This document shows, in pieces, positions 45,945 through 55,819 of a stretch of DNA of 64,000 nucleotides. The translations under genes and the position numbers were made by a program. Below the pieces are notes generated by a model, which saw only the letters and a list, made by a program, of their open reading frames with translations, was not told the origin of the DNA and did no database searches. Each line of letters opens with the position of its first letter. Within the stretch, counting starts at the first letter, position 1. The stretch comes from Salinispira pacifica (lineage in GTDB: Bacteria; Spirochaetota; Spirochaetia; DSM-27196; Salinispiraceae): the NCBI RefSeq assembly GCF_000507245.1, contig NC_023035.1, positions 2,335,570 to 2,399,569 on the forward strand, in the 5' to 3' direction.

Positions 45945-47726
45945 ATGAAACAGGAAACCCGCCCCCTTACACAGCTTTGGCAATACCTCCGGCCGAAACA
46001 CGGAAAGATTCTGGCTGCCAGCGCCTTTTCGGTGTTTAACAAACTCTTTGACCTCATGCCCCCGGCCCTCATCGGGTTCGCGGTTGATATCGTGGTCAAC
46101 GGAGAGGACAGCTTTTTATCCCGTTTCGGACTTCCCAGGCCGGAACAGCAGCTGGTGGCTCTGGCCCTAATTACCGCCGTAGTGTGGCTTCTGGAATCCC
46201 TTTTTGAGTATCTCTTCGAAATCGCCTGGAAAACCCTTGCTCAACAGACCCAGGATGATATCCGCACCCATGCTTACCGACATATCCAGAATCAGCGCTA
46301 TGCGTACTTTGAAGATAAACGCACCGGTGAACTGGTGACCATTCTCAATGAAGATGTAAATCAGCTGGAGCGCTTTCTCGATGTGGGGGCCAACGATATC
46401 ATCCAGGTAATCACAACCATCGCCATCATCGGCGGAATGTATATGGTGGTGGCTCCGGGTGTGGGCTGGGTGGCGGTAATCCCCATCCCGATTATCGTCT
46501 GGGCTTCCCTCTGGTTCCAGAAATTCCTTGAACCCCGGTATGCGAAAGTCCGGGAAGCCGCAGGGGAAACCAGCAGTCAGCTGGCTACCAACATTCAGGG
46601 CATGGCCACCATCAAAAGCTACGGCAGCGAAGAGCAGGAAAATCGCCGGATCGCAGGCCTGAGCGGCGACTACCGGAGAGCCAACGAGTCCACCATCAGA
46701 CTCTCAAGCGCATTTATTCCGATGATCCGCATGATCATTCTTGCAGGGTTCCTGGCAATCATGCTGATGGCGGGCTTTCAGGCTCTCAACGGCGCCATAG
46801 CAGTAGGCCTTTACAGCATGATGGTCTACATCGTTCAACGGCTCTTATGGCCCCTTACCCGCCTGGGGCAAACATTTGATTTATATCAGAGGGCCATGGC
46901 AAGCATACGCCGGATCATGAGCATTCTTGATTCCCGGGAACATCTCGTTGACGGCGATACGCCATATCCCCCTGAAAAAGCCCGGGGACATATACAGACC
47001 AGAGACTTGAGCTTCTCCTACAAGATCGGCCCGGAAGTATTATCCCGGGTGAACATGGAAATTCAGCCCTGCTGGACGGTGGGAATCGTGGGTCCCACCG
47101 GAGCGGGGAAAACAAGTCTGATCAAACTCTTTCTTCGACTGTATGATGTAAGCTCCGGCGCATTGATCCTTGACGGAAGGGATATCCGGGACTACCGCCT
47201 GAAAGATCTGGCTGCAAACATCGGCCTGGTGAGCCAGGATGTGTTTCTCTTTCACGGAAGCGCACTGGATAATATCGCCTATGGAAAACCCGGAGCAGAC
47301 AAGGAAGAGATCATCCGGGCGGCGAAGCTGGCGGAGGCCCATGACTTTATTATGCGGCTCCCGGAAGGATACGACACCATTGTGGGGGAACGGGGACAAA
47401 AACTCAGCGGAGGTCAGCGTCAGCGCATCAGCATCGCACGGGCCATGCTGAAAGACGCACCCATTCTGATTCTGGATGAAGCCACCAGTTCGGTGGACAA
47501 TGAAACCGAAGCGGCCATTCAAAAGAGCCTCTCCAGAATTGCCCATCAGAAAACCAGTATCGTCATCGCCCACCGCCTCTCAACCATCCGGAATGCCGAC
47601 ATGATCTTTGTATTCGACAGCGGCAGGATTGCCGAATCCGGTACACATGATGAATTAATCTCACAGGATGGGCTGTACCGGAATCTCTGGCGGGTACAGA
47701 GCGGTGAACAGGTTTTCACGTTTTAA
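45945..47726 (+). CDS. ABC exporter, fused TMD-NBD (MsbA/lipid or multidrug exporter type)
   Basis: 593 aa: six N-terminal TM helices, Walker A GPTGAGKTS, signature LSGGQRQRISIARAML, Walker B ILILDEATSSVD. Confidence 0.85.
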   Translation: MKQETRPLTQLWQYLRPKHGKILAASAFSVFNKLFDLMPPALIGFAVDIVVNGEDSFLSRFGLPRPEQQLVALALITAVVWLLESLFEYLFEIAWKTLAQQTQDDIRTHAYRHIQNQRYAYFEDKRTGELVTILNEDVNQLERFLDVGANDIIQVITTIAIIGGMYMVVAPGVGWVAVIPIPIIVWASLWFQKFLEPRYAKVREAAGETSSQLATNIQGMATIKSYGSEEQENRRIAGLSGDYRRANESTIRLSSAFIPMIRMIILAGFLAIMLMAGFQALNGAIAVGLYSMMVYIVQRLLWPLTRLGQTFDLYQRAMASIRRIMSILDSREHLVDGDTPYPPEKARGHIQTRDLSFSYKIGPEVLSRVNMEIQPCWTVGIVGPTGAGKTSLIKLFLRLYDVSSGALILDGRDIRDYRLKDLAANIGLVSQDVFLFHGSALDNIAYGKPGADKEEIIRAAKLAEAHDFIMRLPEGYDTIVGERGQKLSGGQRQRISIARAMLKDAPILILDEATSSVDNETEAAIQKSLSRIAHQKTSIVIAHRLSTIRNADMIFVFDSGRIAESGTHDELISQDGLYRNLWRVQSGEQVFTF

Positions 47727-48663
47727 GCTGCTCTTTGTTTCCGTACAGCTGTGTAAGAAGGTCGTTCTCTGAACTATAGCCGTCTATAAATCTGCCTCTG
47801 GCCGATGGAAGAATGCTTTCAACGGGCAACAGAATGGCAGTTTCAAATACCGAACCGAAATGCCCGTTTTCAGCCGTGCCGAAAGACTCAATTTCCCGGC
47901 TTACTCCCAGATAGGATTTCATGAGAGGGGGCACAGGATGTCCGGCTTCAGTCATTTCCCGGGAGAAGCGCTGAAAAGCTTCATCTGAAGAGATCGTTTC
48001 GGGGTAATCCCGGAAATATTCAGCATCCTCATCCACGGCATGCTCTTTCACAGGACAGATAATGCTTCGATCTCCGGGATAATACCGGCTCCAGAAGCCG
48101 AACAGACGCTTTCGAAGCTCCTGCGGCACCCGGGGATAGACGGTCAGTTTTCCGAAGAACCACTTCAGCCCGGGAATCTCGTTGATTAATGCCCCCAGAC
48201 CGGACCACACCGCAAATAATCCCATAACCCGCCTGCGGGCCTTCCGGTTCACCACTGAGCGGCCCAGTTCGACAGTACCCCGGGAATACCCATCCATGAA
48301 GCGAGGGGAGAACCGAAATAGTCTGCCAGCCGGGGTTGAGCCCTTGAGCAGCCCGGGAGAAATCATTCCGTGGTGAATGTACCGGTAACAGGATACGATT
48401 TCCCTCCACTGCGGGTCATAGGCTATCAGCTGATAACAGTGTTCCCCGGTATCGAAGGAATCGATATCTTCACTTTTTCCGCTGCCTCCACCTTCCCGAC
48501 GGAACTCCTGTTCCCGGATGCGGCCGATCTCCTTCATGCAGTTCGGCGACGTTGTTCCATGGAGGTGATGTATTTCAAGATCACGGAACCTGGTCAGCAA
48601 ACTGTGACTTCCCAGTTCCCCGGCGAATCCGGTATCGTCTCTATCAGATACTTGTACATGCAT
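47716..48663 (-). CDS. OlsB-like GNAT N-acyltransferase (N-acyl amino acid / lyso-aminolipid synthase, hemolysin-like family)
   Basis: ...IGRIREQEFRREGGGSGKSEDIDSFDTGEHCYQLIAYD...RGTVELGRSVVNRKARRRV... parallels OlsB (RLRYEVF...DLDAFDAHCDHLLV...LELGRSCVHRDHR). C-terminal PLMKSYL-type region. The start is uncertain; the ORF track extends to 48744. Confidence 0.55.
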   Translation of the reverse strand: MHVQVSDRDDTGFAGELGSHSLLTRFRDLEIHHLHGTTSPNCMKEIGRIREQEFRREGGGSGKSEDIDSFDTGEHCYQLIAYDPQWREIVSCYRYIHHGMISPGLLKGSTPAGRLFRFSPRFMDGYSRGTVELGRSVVNRKARRRVMGLFAVWSGLGALINEIPGLKWFFGKLTVYPRVPQELRKRLFGFWSRYYPGDRSIICPVKEHAVDEDAEYFRDYPETISSDEAFQRFSREMTEAGHPVPPLMKSYLGVSREIESFGTAENGHFGSVFETAILLPVESILPSARGRFIDGYSSENDLLTQLYGNKEQLKT

Positions 48664-48765
48664 GTTTTTATCATACTCCCCGGGCCCGTGTATTGCAAGT
48701 TTGTTGACAGCATTCGAAAATCCGGAATAGTATTCAAATACCACAAATTTTTACGAGGAGACACA

Positions 48766-49305
48766 ATGAAGAAATTTGTGTTAATCATGATCATTTCCAT
48801 GATTGCAATCTCAGGCATCAGTGCGGAAGCTGATCTGATTGTTAAGCCGTTTGCGGGCATCAGCCTTGGATCGGAAGACGCCCTCCGGGGCGGCGGCGTA
48901 CACGTTCAGTACAATGTACTGGGCACCGGGATACATCTGGGTACCTGGGCGGCGGTGAACTACGACATCTGGTATTCCAATGCATCACTGCCTGTGGCGC
49001 TGACACTTGGAAAAGATTTCTACATTCTCGCAGGTACCACCTTCGATCTCAGTACGGCCACAAACCCTGCAACTCTCACCGCCACAGCTCCTGCGGGTTT
49101 CTTCAATACCTTCGGACTGGGCTTCAACACGGTACTGATTCCTTTCAGTGATTCGATGATCCTCGGTGCGAACGCCGAACTGGTGTATACCAACTATGTG
49201 GCTGAATCCACCGGAGATGATTTGGGAGATGCATTCGGAGCCCTTGCCGGACTGATCGCAAATATCAAGCTTTTTGCTTCTATAAACCTGGCCTTTCTTT
49301 TCTAG
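48766..49305 (+). CDS. Small (179-aa) putative 8-strand outer-membrane beta-barrel protein (OmpW/OmpX-like)
   Basis: ATG at 48766 with an AGGAG RBS. Signal peptide MKKFVLIMIISMIAISGISAEA. Gly/aromatic alternating pattern and the C-terminal ...INLAFLF* (terminal Phe). The ORF track extends upstream to 48370 without support. Confidence 0.5.
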   Translation: MKKFVLIMIISMIAISGISAEADLIVKPFAGISLGSEDALRGGGVHVQYNVLGTGIHLGTWAAVNYDIWYSNASLPVALTLGKDFYILAGTTFDLSTATNPATLTATAPAGFFNTFGLGFNTVLIPFSDSMILGANAELVYTNYVAESTGDDLGDAFGALAGLIANIKLFASINLAFLF

Positions 49306-49409
49306 GGAAGCGGTGTAACTTCCAGGAAAGAAATGAATCTTCCAGGGAAGCGATCTACCACAGAAACAGAATGGTGAAAGCCTTCCACCCCGAGGGAATG
49401 GAAGCAAAA

Positions 49410-49459
49410 GGGCCGCAGCGGAACATGAATCTCATGAACCGCCGCGGCCGTTGTTTTTT
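49410..49459 (+). terminator. Rho-independent terminator after the small OMP gene
   Basis: GC-rich hairpin of about 11 bp (ggccgcagcgg ... ccgccgcggcc, one mismatch) enclosing an inner palindrome catga-atc-tcatg, followed by ttgtttttta. Confidence 0.55.
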
Positions 49460-49516
49460 ATCTACCGTGTGCAGAGTGTATCGTCTGCAGTGTTTATCGT
49501 CTGCGGTGTCCCGTTT

Positions 49517-52233
49517 TCAGGAATTCTTCACGAAGTTCCGAAGTACCGTGTGAAGGATTCCGCCGTTCCTGAAATATTCCACTTCAACGGAGCTGTCAAT
49601 CCGGCAGGTTACGGTGAACTCTTTTTTGTCACCGGAGGGATCCACCGCTGTAACGGTAATATCCTGCTTGGGCGTAACCGAGTCATCCACATGAATGCTG
49701 AATTGTTCATTCCCGCTCAGTCCCAGGCTTTCGGCATTTTCGCCCTTTTTGTACATAAGGGGAAGAACTCCCATGCCGATCAGGTTGCTTCGGTGGATAC
49801 GCTCAAAGCTTTCGGCTATTACCGCCTTGACGCCCAGAAGGTACACGCCTTTTGCAGCCCAGTCACGGCTGGAACCCATTCCGTAATCCTTACCGGCCAG
49901 AACAATGCTCGGCGTGGCTTCTTCCTTATACCTGCGGCTCGCCTCAAAAATGCTCACCTGCTCACCGCTGGGAAAGTGGGTGGTCCAGCTGCCCTCGGTT
50001 CCCGGAGCGAGCTGGTTTCTCAGGCGGATATTTGCAAAAGTACCCCGGGTCATTACCCGGTCATTGCCCCGGCGGCTTCCGTAGGAATTAAAATCAAAAT
50101 ACCCCACGCCCTGTCCTTTTAGATATTTTCCCGCCGGACTTGCAGGATCAATCACCCCTGCAGGGGAAATATGGTCAGTGGTGACCGAATCCCCCACCTT
50201 CACCAGAACTCGTGCATCTTCAACCGGCTGAATTGGACTCACTTCAGTGCTCATATCCACAAAGAACGGAGGTTCCTGAATGTAGGTGGACTCTTCCTTC
50301 CAGTCATACACCTCCGATGAGCTGAGTTCAATTGCATTCCACTGGGGGTTGCTGGTTTCGATGCCTCCATAGCTTTCCTGGAAGGATTTCCTGTCCATGG
50401 CCTTTGCCACATATTCGTCGATTTCCTCTTTGGAAGGCCAGATATCCTTCAGATACACCGGCTTACCGTCTTTTCCCGTACCCAGGGGCTGACTGTCCAG
50501 ATTTACATTCATGTTCCCGGCAATGGCATAGGCCACACAGAGAGGGGGGATGCCAGGAAGTTGGCCCGGGTATCCGGGTTCACCCGGCCTTCGAAATTCC
50601 GGTTTCCCGAAAGAACGGCCGCAGCAACCAGATTGTTTTCCTGAATGGTTTTACTGATCTCTTCATTCAGCGGTCCTGAGTTTCCGATACAAGTTGTACA
50701 GCCGTAACCCACAAGATGAAAGCCCAGCTGTTCGAGATACGGCATAAGTCCTGCGGTTTTCAAATATTCGGTTACCACAACGGATCCCGGAGCGAAGCTG
50801 GTCTTCACAAAGGGCTTTGAGCTGAGCCCCGCCTCAACGGCTTTTTTGGCCAGCAGACCGGCCCCCATGAGCACCGACGGATTGGAGGTGTTGGTACAGC
50901 TCGTAATTGAGGCGATCACCACATCTCCATGGGTGAGCTCAACTTCCTCCCCTCCCTCAAGGGTCACTTTGGCAGTGGTTTCCGCCGCATCGCTGCTCTC
51001 TTCAAAACCGCCATCCTTAATGGGAGCGGTCATGAGACGTTTAAACTCCGGTGCCACCGATTTCAGTTCGATTCGGTCCTGGGGTCGTTTCGGGCCTGCG
51101 ATTGCCGGAACGATGCTTCCAAGATCCAGCTCAAGAACGGCTTCATAGTCTCTTGCATCATCCTCGCTGTCGCCATCTTCACGGTACACACCCTGAGCTC
51201 TGGTATAACTCTTTGCCAGATCCATGAGGTCTTCATCCCGGCCTGTTGAATACATATACTCCAGGGTCTTGGCATCCACCGGAAAAAATCCCGCGGTGGC
51301 GCCGTACTCGGGGGCCATATTCGCCAGAGTGGCTCTGTCCGGTACCGAAAGCACATCCAGACCGGGTCCGAAGTATTCCACTATCTTTCCTACAACGCCG
51401 TGGGCCCGGAGAAGTTCGGTAACCCTGAGAACCAGGTCGGTGGCGGTTGTGCCTGCAGGAAGGTCTCCGGTCAATTTCACTCCCACCACAGGAGGTGCCA
51501 GCATGTAGATGGGCTGTCCCAGCATGGCGGCTTCGGCCTCGATTCCGCCCACACCCCAGCCCAGAATTCCCAGACCGTTGATCATGGTTGTGTGACTGTC
51601 GGTACCCACCAGGGTATCGAAATAGGCAAAATTTTCTCCGCCGTCCTCTTTGTGCTGAACTACTTTTCCCAGATACTCAAGGTTTACCTGATGACATATT
51701 CCGCTAGCGGGGGGGACAACATGAAAGTTCTCCAGGGCTCCCTGACCCCACCTGAGAAATTCATAGCGCTCCTTGTTTCTCTCGAATTCCCGTTCGGCAT
51801 TTTTCCTGAAGGCATCGGGATGGGCGTAAAAATCGATGCTTACCGAATGGTCAATAACCAGATTCACCGGCAGTTGGGGATTAATCCGACCGGGATCACC
51901 GCCCATTCTCGCCATTGCGGAACGCAGCGCAGCCAGATCCACAACACAGGGCACACCGGTGAAATCCTGAAGAAGAACCCGGGCAGGGGTATAGGGTATT
52001 TCCACATCACCGGGCTTTTTCGGATCGTAGTTCAGGAATGATTTCAGATGATCGCTTGTAACTTCTTTTTCATTGATATTCCGCAGAACAGATTCCAGAA
52101 GGACCTTTATGCTGTAGGGGAAACGGGAAATCTGAGGGTATTTCTTTGCAAGTTCAGTAAGGGAAAAATATGAAAACTGTTTCCCCCCGGCACTCAGACT
52201 CTGCTTTACACCAAATGCATCAGAATAGGGCAT
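49517..52233 (-). CDS. acnA: Aconitate hydratase A, split into two ORFs by a -1 frameshift in a G6 tract at 50544-50549 (plus strand; C6 on the coding strand)
   Basis: N-terminal ORF 50509..52266 (...[22 protein letters not shown]...; real start MPYSDAFG at 52233 with an AGGAG RBS) ends ...[18 protein letters not shown]. The C-terminal ORF 49517..50536 begins (GTG)[12 protein letters not shown]... Adding one C restores [14 protein letters not shown], the conserved aconitase segment. Confidence 0.85.
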
Positions 52234-52314
52234 GAATTCTCCTTTAAAATAATCACCGGATAGCACCGGTGAGATGGTTTGAAAAAAAATAATTAAAACA
52301 CTCGGGTATAATCC

Positions 52315-52343
52315 ATATTACCCATCATAAGGCGACTCTGCAA
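52315..52343 (-). promoter_or_regulatory. Putative acnA promoter
   Basis: In minus sense: TTGCAG, a 17-bp spacer, then TAATAT, about 75 nt upstream of the acnA ATG and immediately downstream of the terminator hairpin. Confidence 0.4.
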
Positions 52344-52346
52344 CAA

Positions 52347-52393
52347 TTTTAAAAAAACGCGGATCGTATGCTGGCTCAGGGCATACGATCCGC
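52347..52393 (-). terminator. Strong rho-independent terminator oriented on the minus strand, upstream of acnA
   Basis: Perfect 13-bp stem gcggatcgtatgc / gcatacgatccgc with a 9-nt loop. On the minus strand it is followed by GUUUUUUUAAAAUU. Confidence 0.6.
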
Positions 52394-52555
52394 AAAAGAA
52401 ACAGGGTATCGGCGGTGAAAAGGAGCAAAAACCGCTTCAACCAATCCAAAGGACGCTTCGTACAAAAGGAGATTTTAGGAGGCACGTTAGAACACCTTTT
52501 ACATACACTAAACCCTCGAACCACTGTGGCGTAACAAACAAAATGAAATTATAGT
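52394..52555 (-). ncRNA. Candidate small non-coding RNA (about 190 nt) ending at the 52347-52393 terminator
   Basis: The terminator sits upstream of the acnA promoter, so it must close a separate minus-strand transcript. A TATAAT -10 (minus sense; plus 52548-52553) lies about 190 nt upstream of the U-run. The only ORF in the region (52318..52524) reads through the hairpin and looks spurious. No family assigned. Confidence 0.25.
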
Positions 52556-52611
52556 AAGCGTAGAGCCCGATCTCGGACGGTTCCGACGGGTACCAGCGGG
52601 GAGGTTATTCT

Positions 52612-55600
52612 ATGAATTATATCACTGTCTTGTTTCACCGCTTTCTGCGGCAAAAAATCGGAGGACCCCATCATAGAGGCGGGCGGGCGCTTTTTATTCT
52701 CACAGCCCTGCTTCTCCTGGTGCCCTGCATGTACGTGAATGCCGATTTGTATTCCGGTCCTACGGATCTGCTCCAGCTGGAAACCCGACATTTTCTCTTT
52801 ATATACCCCCCGGAATCTGCAGAAGCCGCTGAATATCTTGCAGGACTGGCTGACGGCATGTATGAATGGGTTGCCGATGAGCTGAATACTGATACCTGGT
52901 TTACACGTTTTCCTGTGGTCATCACCCCTGACACGGACCTGTTGAACGGAGCCTTCACAGTATTTCCTTCCCAGAGAATCAGACTCTTTCAGGCACCTAT
53001 ATCCCCCTCCACCGGTTTTGCCCGGTATAACGATCCCCTGGCAAAACTGTTCCTGCATGAACTGACCCATGCGGTTTCCCTTACCCTGAGATCCCCGTTT
53101 TTCCGGGCAGGGCGTTTTCTTTTGGGTGATGTTGTGGCTCCGGCCTTTTTCTCCGCCCCTCCGTTTTTTGTTGAAGGGGTAACCGTGGCAGCCGAAAGTG
53201 CCGACAGCTTCGGAAGGGCACATGACACCCCCTACGCCTCAGTAATCCAGCAGGATATTCTTGAAAACCGGATGATGAGTCCCATGGAAAGCAACGGCAT
53301 CCGGGGAGCGTACCCTTCCGGCGCATGGTATATCTATGGAGGCTGGTTTTCCAGGTATCTTATTGAAACCTACGGAACGGATGCCTACGCAGAATTCTGG
53401 AGTCTGCTTGGTACAGGTCAGCTCTACCAGGACGGTCTGTTTACCCGGGGAGCGTTCAGCAAGGCATTCGGAGAGTCCATCCAAAACGTCTGGGATGATT
53501 TCCGCTCCTGGATCTCAATACAAGCACCGGTTGAGTTCAACAGCCGGGTGCTGGATCCCCGGTATCAGTTTATCGGGGCAGCTGCCTCACACCCCGGCGG
53601 AATCCTGTATTCCACCAGCGATAGCGTGTATCACCTGGAATGGGAGAATGAAACCGTCATGGAAGAAGACTCCCCGTCCCCGGCTTCTTTCAGCACCGCA
53701 CCCCTCTTCCCGTCGGATAATTTCACCAACCGCATTGCCGTTCATGGCAATGAAATTCTGATCAGCACCTACCGGAGGGATTCGGAGGGGCAGTTCCACG
53801 CCAGAATCAAATCCTATGATCTTGACAGCGGCCGGCCTCAGCCCGGGCCTCTGTTTCCCGGTGAGAAAGATACTTCTCTCACTGAGGCTGTGAGGGATCC
53901 CCGGACCGGAACCATTCTGGCCATTCGGCCCCGGGGGTACTCGGGAGATCTGGTGCAGGTGAACACGGACGGCAGTATCCGGGTACTTCTGGAAGGAAAT
54001 CCAGGTCTTATCCCTTCCATGCCGGTCGTCCTGGGAGACAGGGTGTATTTCCTGCTGCAGCAGCGGGGGAAAAACCGCATCGCCCGGTTTTCACAGAACG
54101 GGAATATCGAACTGATGGAGCCCCGGGTCCCTCTCCGGGGAATCCGGAACATATCAGGAGACGGCTCCTCGCTGTACTTTATCTATGATAATGATTTCAG
54201 TCTCTTCAAACTGGGGGTTTTCACCCCCGGCGCTCCACTTCTGGTGCAGGAGCAGAGCATCAGCGGCGGAGTACAGCACCCGGTGGGAGTGGACGGTGAC
54301 AGGGTTGCATACATCGGGAATTTCAGCCGGGGCCAGCGCGTCATGCTTCATCCGGCCAGGGTGAAAGAGCCGGCCAGGGTGAAAGAGCCGGCCAGAGAGC
54401 CGGCCGAAGAAACCACCGAAGAAACCACCGAAGAAACCACCGAAGAAACCACCGAAGAAACCACCGGAGAAACCTACAGAGAGCCGGGGCGTCAGCCTGA
54501 ACCCTGGCAAAGCCGTCCGACATTGCCATCGCAAAGCCGTCAGCAGGGGCAGCTGGAAGAAATTGATTATAGCTGGGCAGCCCTGGATGTTCTCCGGGAC
54601 GGCGGCAGCAGCGGCAGCGGCAGCGGACAAGGGACGGAGAGATCCCGGGGATACGGAGGAATCCGGGTGCCCATGCCCGGGGAGCAACCTTCCGAGTTTC
54701 GCCCCGAACCATATGCAGCCCTGCCCTGGATTCTCACCCCCCGGCTGCGCTATCCCCTTGTCACCGTCAACCCACGGGTGTTGGGCGGAGCCGAAGAATC
54801 TGCCCTGATCACCGGAGCAGGCGCAGGGTTCAGCACAGAGGACCCCACAGCCGCCTACAGTCTTACGGCCAATCTGCAATACCTGTACGATCAGCCCTTC
54901 CTCCACGCAGATGTTCAGCTGGGAGTCCGCACCCTTCCGGTGGCTTTCGGTCTGGGATTCCGGGATTGGAGAGTCTATAATCCGATAATAAACGGCGAGT
55001 TTCGGGGAGACAGCCGGGTGCTGTCCGCCTCCCTGTCTGCATCCCAGTCAATCAGCCTTTATCCTCTCTGGCGAAACATCAGCTGGCAGCTGCAGGCAGA
55101 ATTTGTACAGCAGTTCGATGAAGATCCGGATGAGGAAGCAGGCCCCTACGGCTGGGACGCTGCAGGATGGCGGGTTCCCATCACCGCCGCCCTGGGCTTC
55201 AGCTCCGTCAGGGATAATCCCCTGGATCATCGGGGATCTGCGGGAATACGCAGCCGTCTTTCCGGTGTGGGTCTTTTCTCCCAGGCCGGGGATGTACCGT
55301 TCACAGGATATGCCGGCTTGAAACTTGAAGGAGAAACTCCCTGGATGTACGGCAGACTCCGTCTCTTTTCCGCCATCTCACTCCAGCAGTCAACCGGGGT
55401 CAGTCCGGCGGGAGCTATCATTCCCGGTGTGAGTACCGGGTCTTTCAACACCGACTATGTTGTCCACCCGGGTTTCTCTGCAGAGGCGGAAACCGGCGGA
55501 ACCGTGTATTCCTTCGGGGAAATCCGCATCGGGCAGAAATATGACATTCACAGGGGAATACTCAGCCTGGCCTATCTGCAGAAACTGAAAATCAGAGGGG

Positions 55601-55812
55601 GGCACAGAATATCCGTGCAGGATAACCTTCTCCTGGAAGAGGGGGTGATCAACCAGTCCAGCTTCATTGCACCCAGCATGGAGTTTGTGATCAATGGAGG
55701 AGCCCTGGCCCGGACGGCATGGGAGGTTGGAGCCGAGTTCAATTACCTCTATGGAGGGGGTGGGAATCCCTGGTATATCTCCCTCTTTTTGACCCCTCCG
55801 GGAGGTTTTTAG
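52612..55812 (+). CDS. Large secreted multidomain protein: N-terminal HExxH (zinc metallopeptidase-like) region, beta-propeller-like middle, tandem peptide repeats, probable C-terminal outer-membrane beta-barrel
   Basis: Signal peptide ...ALFILTALLLLVPCMYVNA. HELTH motif (LAKLFLHELTHAVSLT). TolB/PD40-like repeats (DGSIRVLLEGNPG, DGDRVAYIGNF). Repeats PARVKE x2 and EETT x5, and a (GS)n linker. The last 350 aa have amphipathic beta pattern ending ...WYISLFLTPPGGF* (terminal Phe). Confidence 0.55.
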   Translation: MNYITVLFHRFLRQKIGGPHHRGGRALFILTALLLLVPCMYVNADLYSGPTDLLQLETRHFLFIYPPESAEAAEYLAGLADGMYEWVADELNTDTWFTRFPVVITPDTDLLNGAFTVFPSQRIRLFQAPISPSTGFARYNDPLAKLFLHELTHAVSLTLRSPFFRAGRFLLGDVVAPAFFSAPPFFVEGVTVAAESADSFGRAHDTPYASVIQQDILENRMMSPMESNGIRGAYPSGAWYIYGGWFSRYLIETYGTDAYAEFWSLLGTGQLYQDGLFTRGAFSKAFGESIQNVWDDFRSWISIQAPVEFNSRVLDPRYQFIGAAASHPGGILYSTSDSVYHLEWENETVMEEDSPSPASFSTAPLFPSDNFTNRIAVHGNEILISTYRRDSEGQFHARIKSYDLDSGRPQPGPLFPGEKDTSLTEAVRDPRTGTILAIRPRGYSGDLVQVNTDGSIRVLLEGNPGLIPSMPVVLGDRVYFLLQQRGKNRIARFSQNGNIELMEPRVPLRGIRNISGDGSSLYFIYDNDFSLFKLGVFTPGAPLLVQEQSISGGVQHPVGVDGDRVAYIGNFSRGQRVMLHPARVKEPARVKEPAREPAEETTEETTEETTEETTEETTGETYREPGRQPEPWQSRPTLPSQSRQQGQLEEIDYSWAALDVLRDGGSSGSGSGQGTERSRGYGGIRVPMPGEQPSEFRPEPYAALPWILTPRLRYPLVTVNPRVLGGAEESALITGAGAGFSTEDPTAAYSLTANLQYLYDQPFLHADVQLGVRTLPVAFGLGFRDWRVYNPIINGEFRGDSRVLSASLSASQSISLYPLWRNISWQLQAEFVQQFDEDPDEEAGPYGWDAAGWRVPITAALGFSSVRDNPLDHRGSAGIRSRLSGVGLFSQAGDVPFTGYAGLKLEGETPWMYGRLRLFSAISLQQSTGVSPAGAIIPGVSTGSFNTDYVVHPGFSAEAETGGTVYSFGEIRIGQKYDIHRGILSLAYLQKLKIRGGHRISVQDNLLLEEGVINQSSFIAPSMEFVINGGALARTAWEVGAEFNYLYGGGGNPWYISLFLTPPGGF
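54352..54474 (+). repeat. In-frame coding tandem repeats: 18-bp unit x2 (PARVKE) plus 12-bp unit gaagaaaccacc x5 (EETT)
   Basis: Seen directly; perfect copies. Inside the large protein gene. Confidence 0.85.
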
Positions 55813-55819
55813 CAGGATA

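Noticed and set aside
52318-52524. 68-aa minus-strand ORF in the acnA upstream region
   Set aside because: It reads straight through the 13-bp terminator hairpin and U-run and has no RBS. The region is more plausibly non-coding RNA.
54340-54640. Perfect short tandem repeats (12-18 bp) and the GGCAGC repeats considered as a possible CRISPR or minisatellite locus
   Set aside because: The units are contiguous with no spacers, in frame within a long ORF, and encode EETT/PARVKE/GS peptide repeats. It is not a CRISPR array. The same holds for the 15-bp x3 repeat at 11805-11849.
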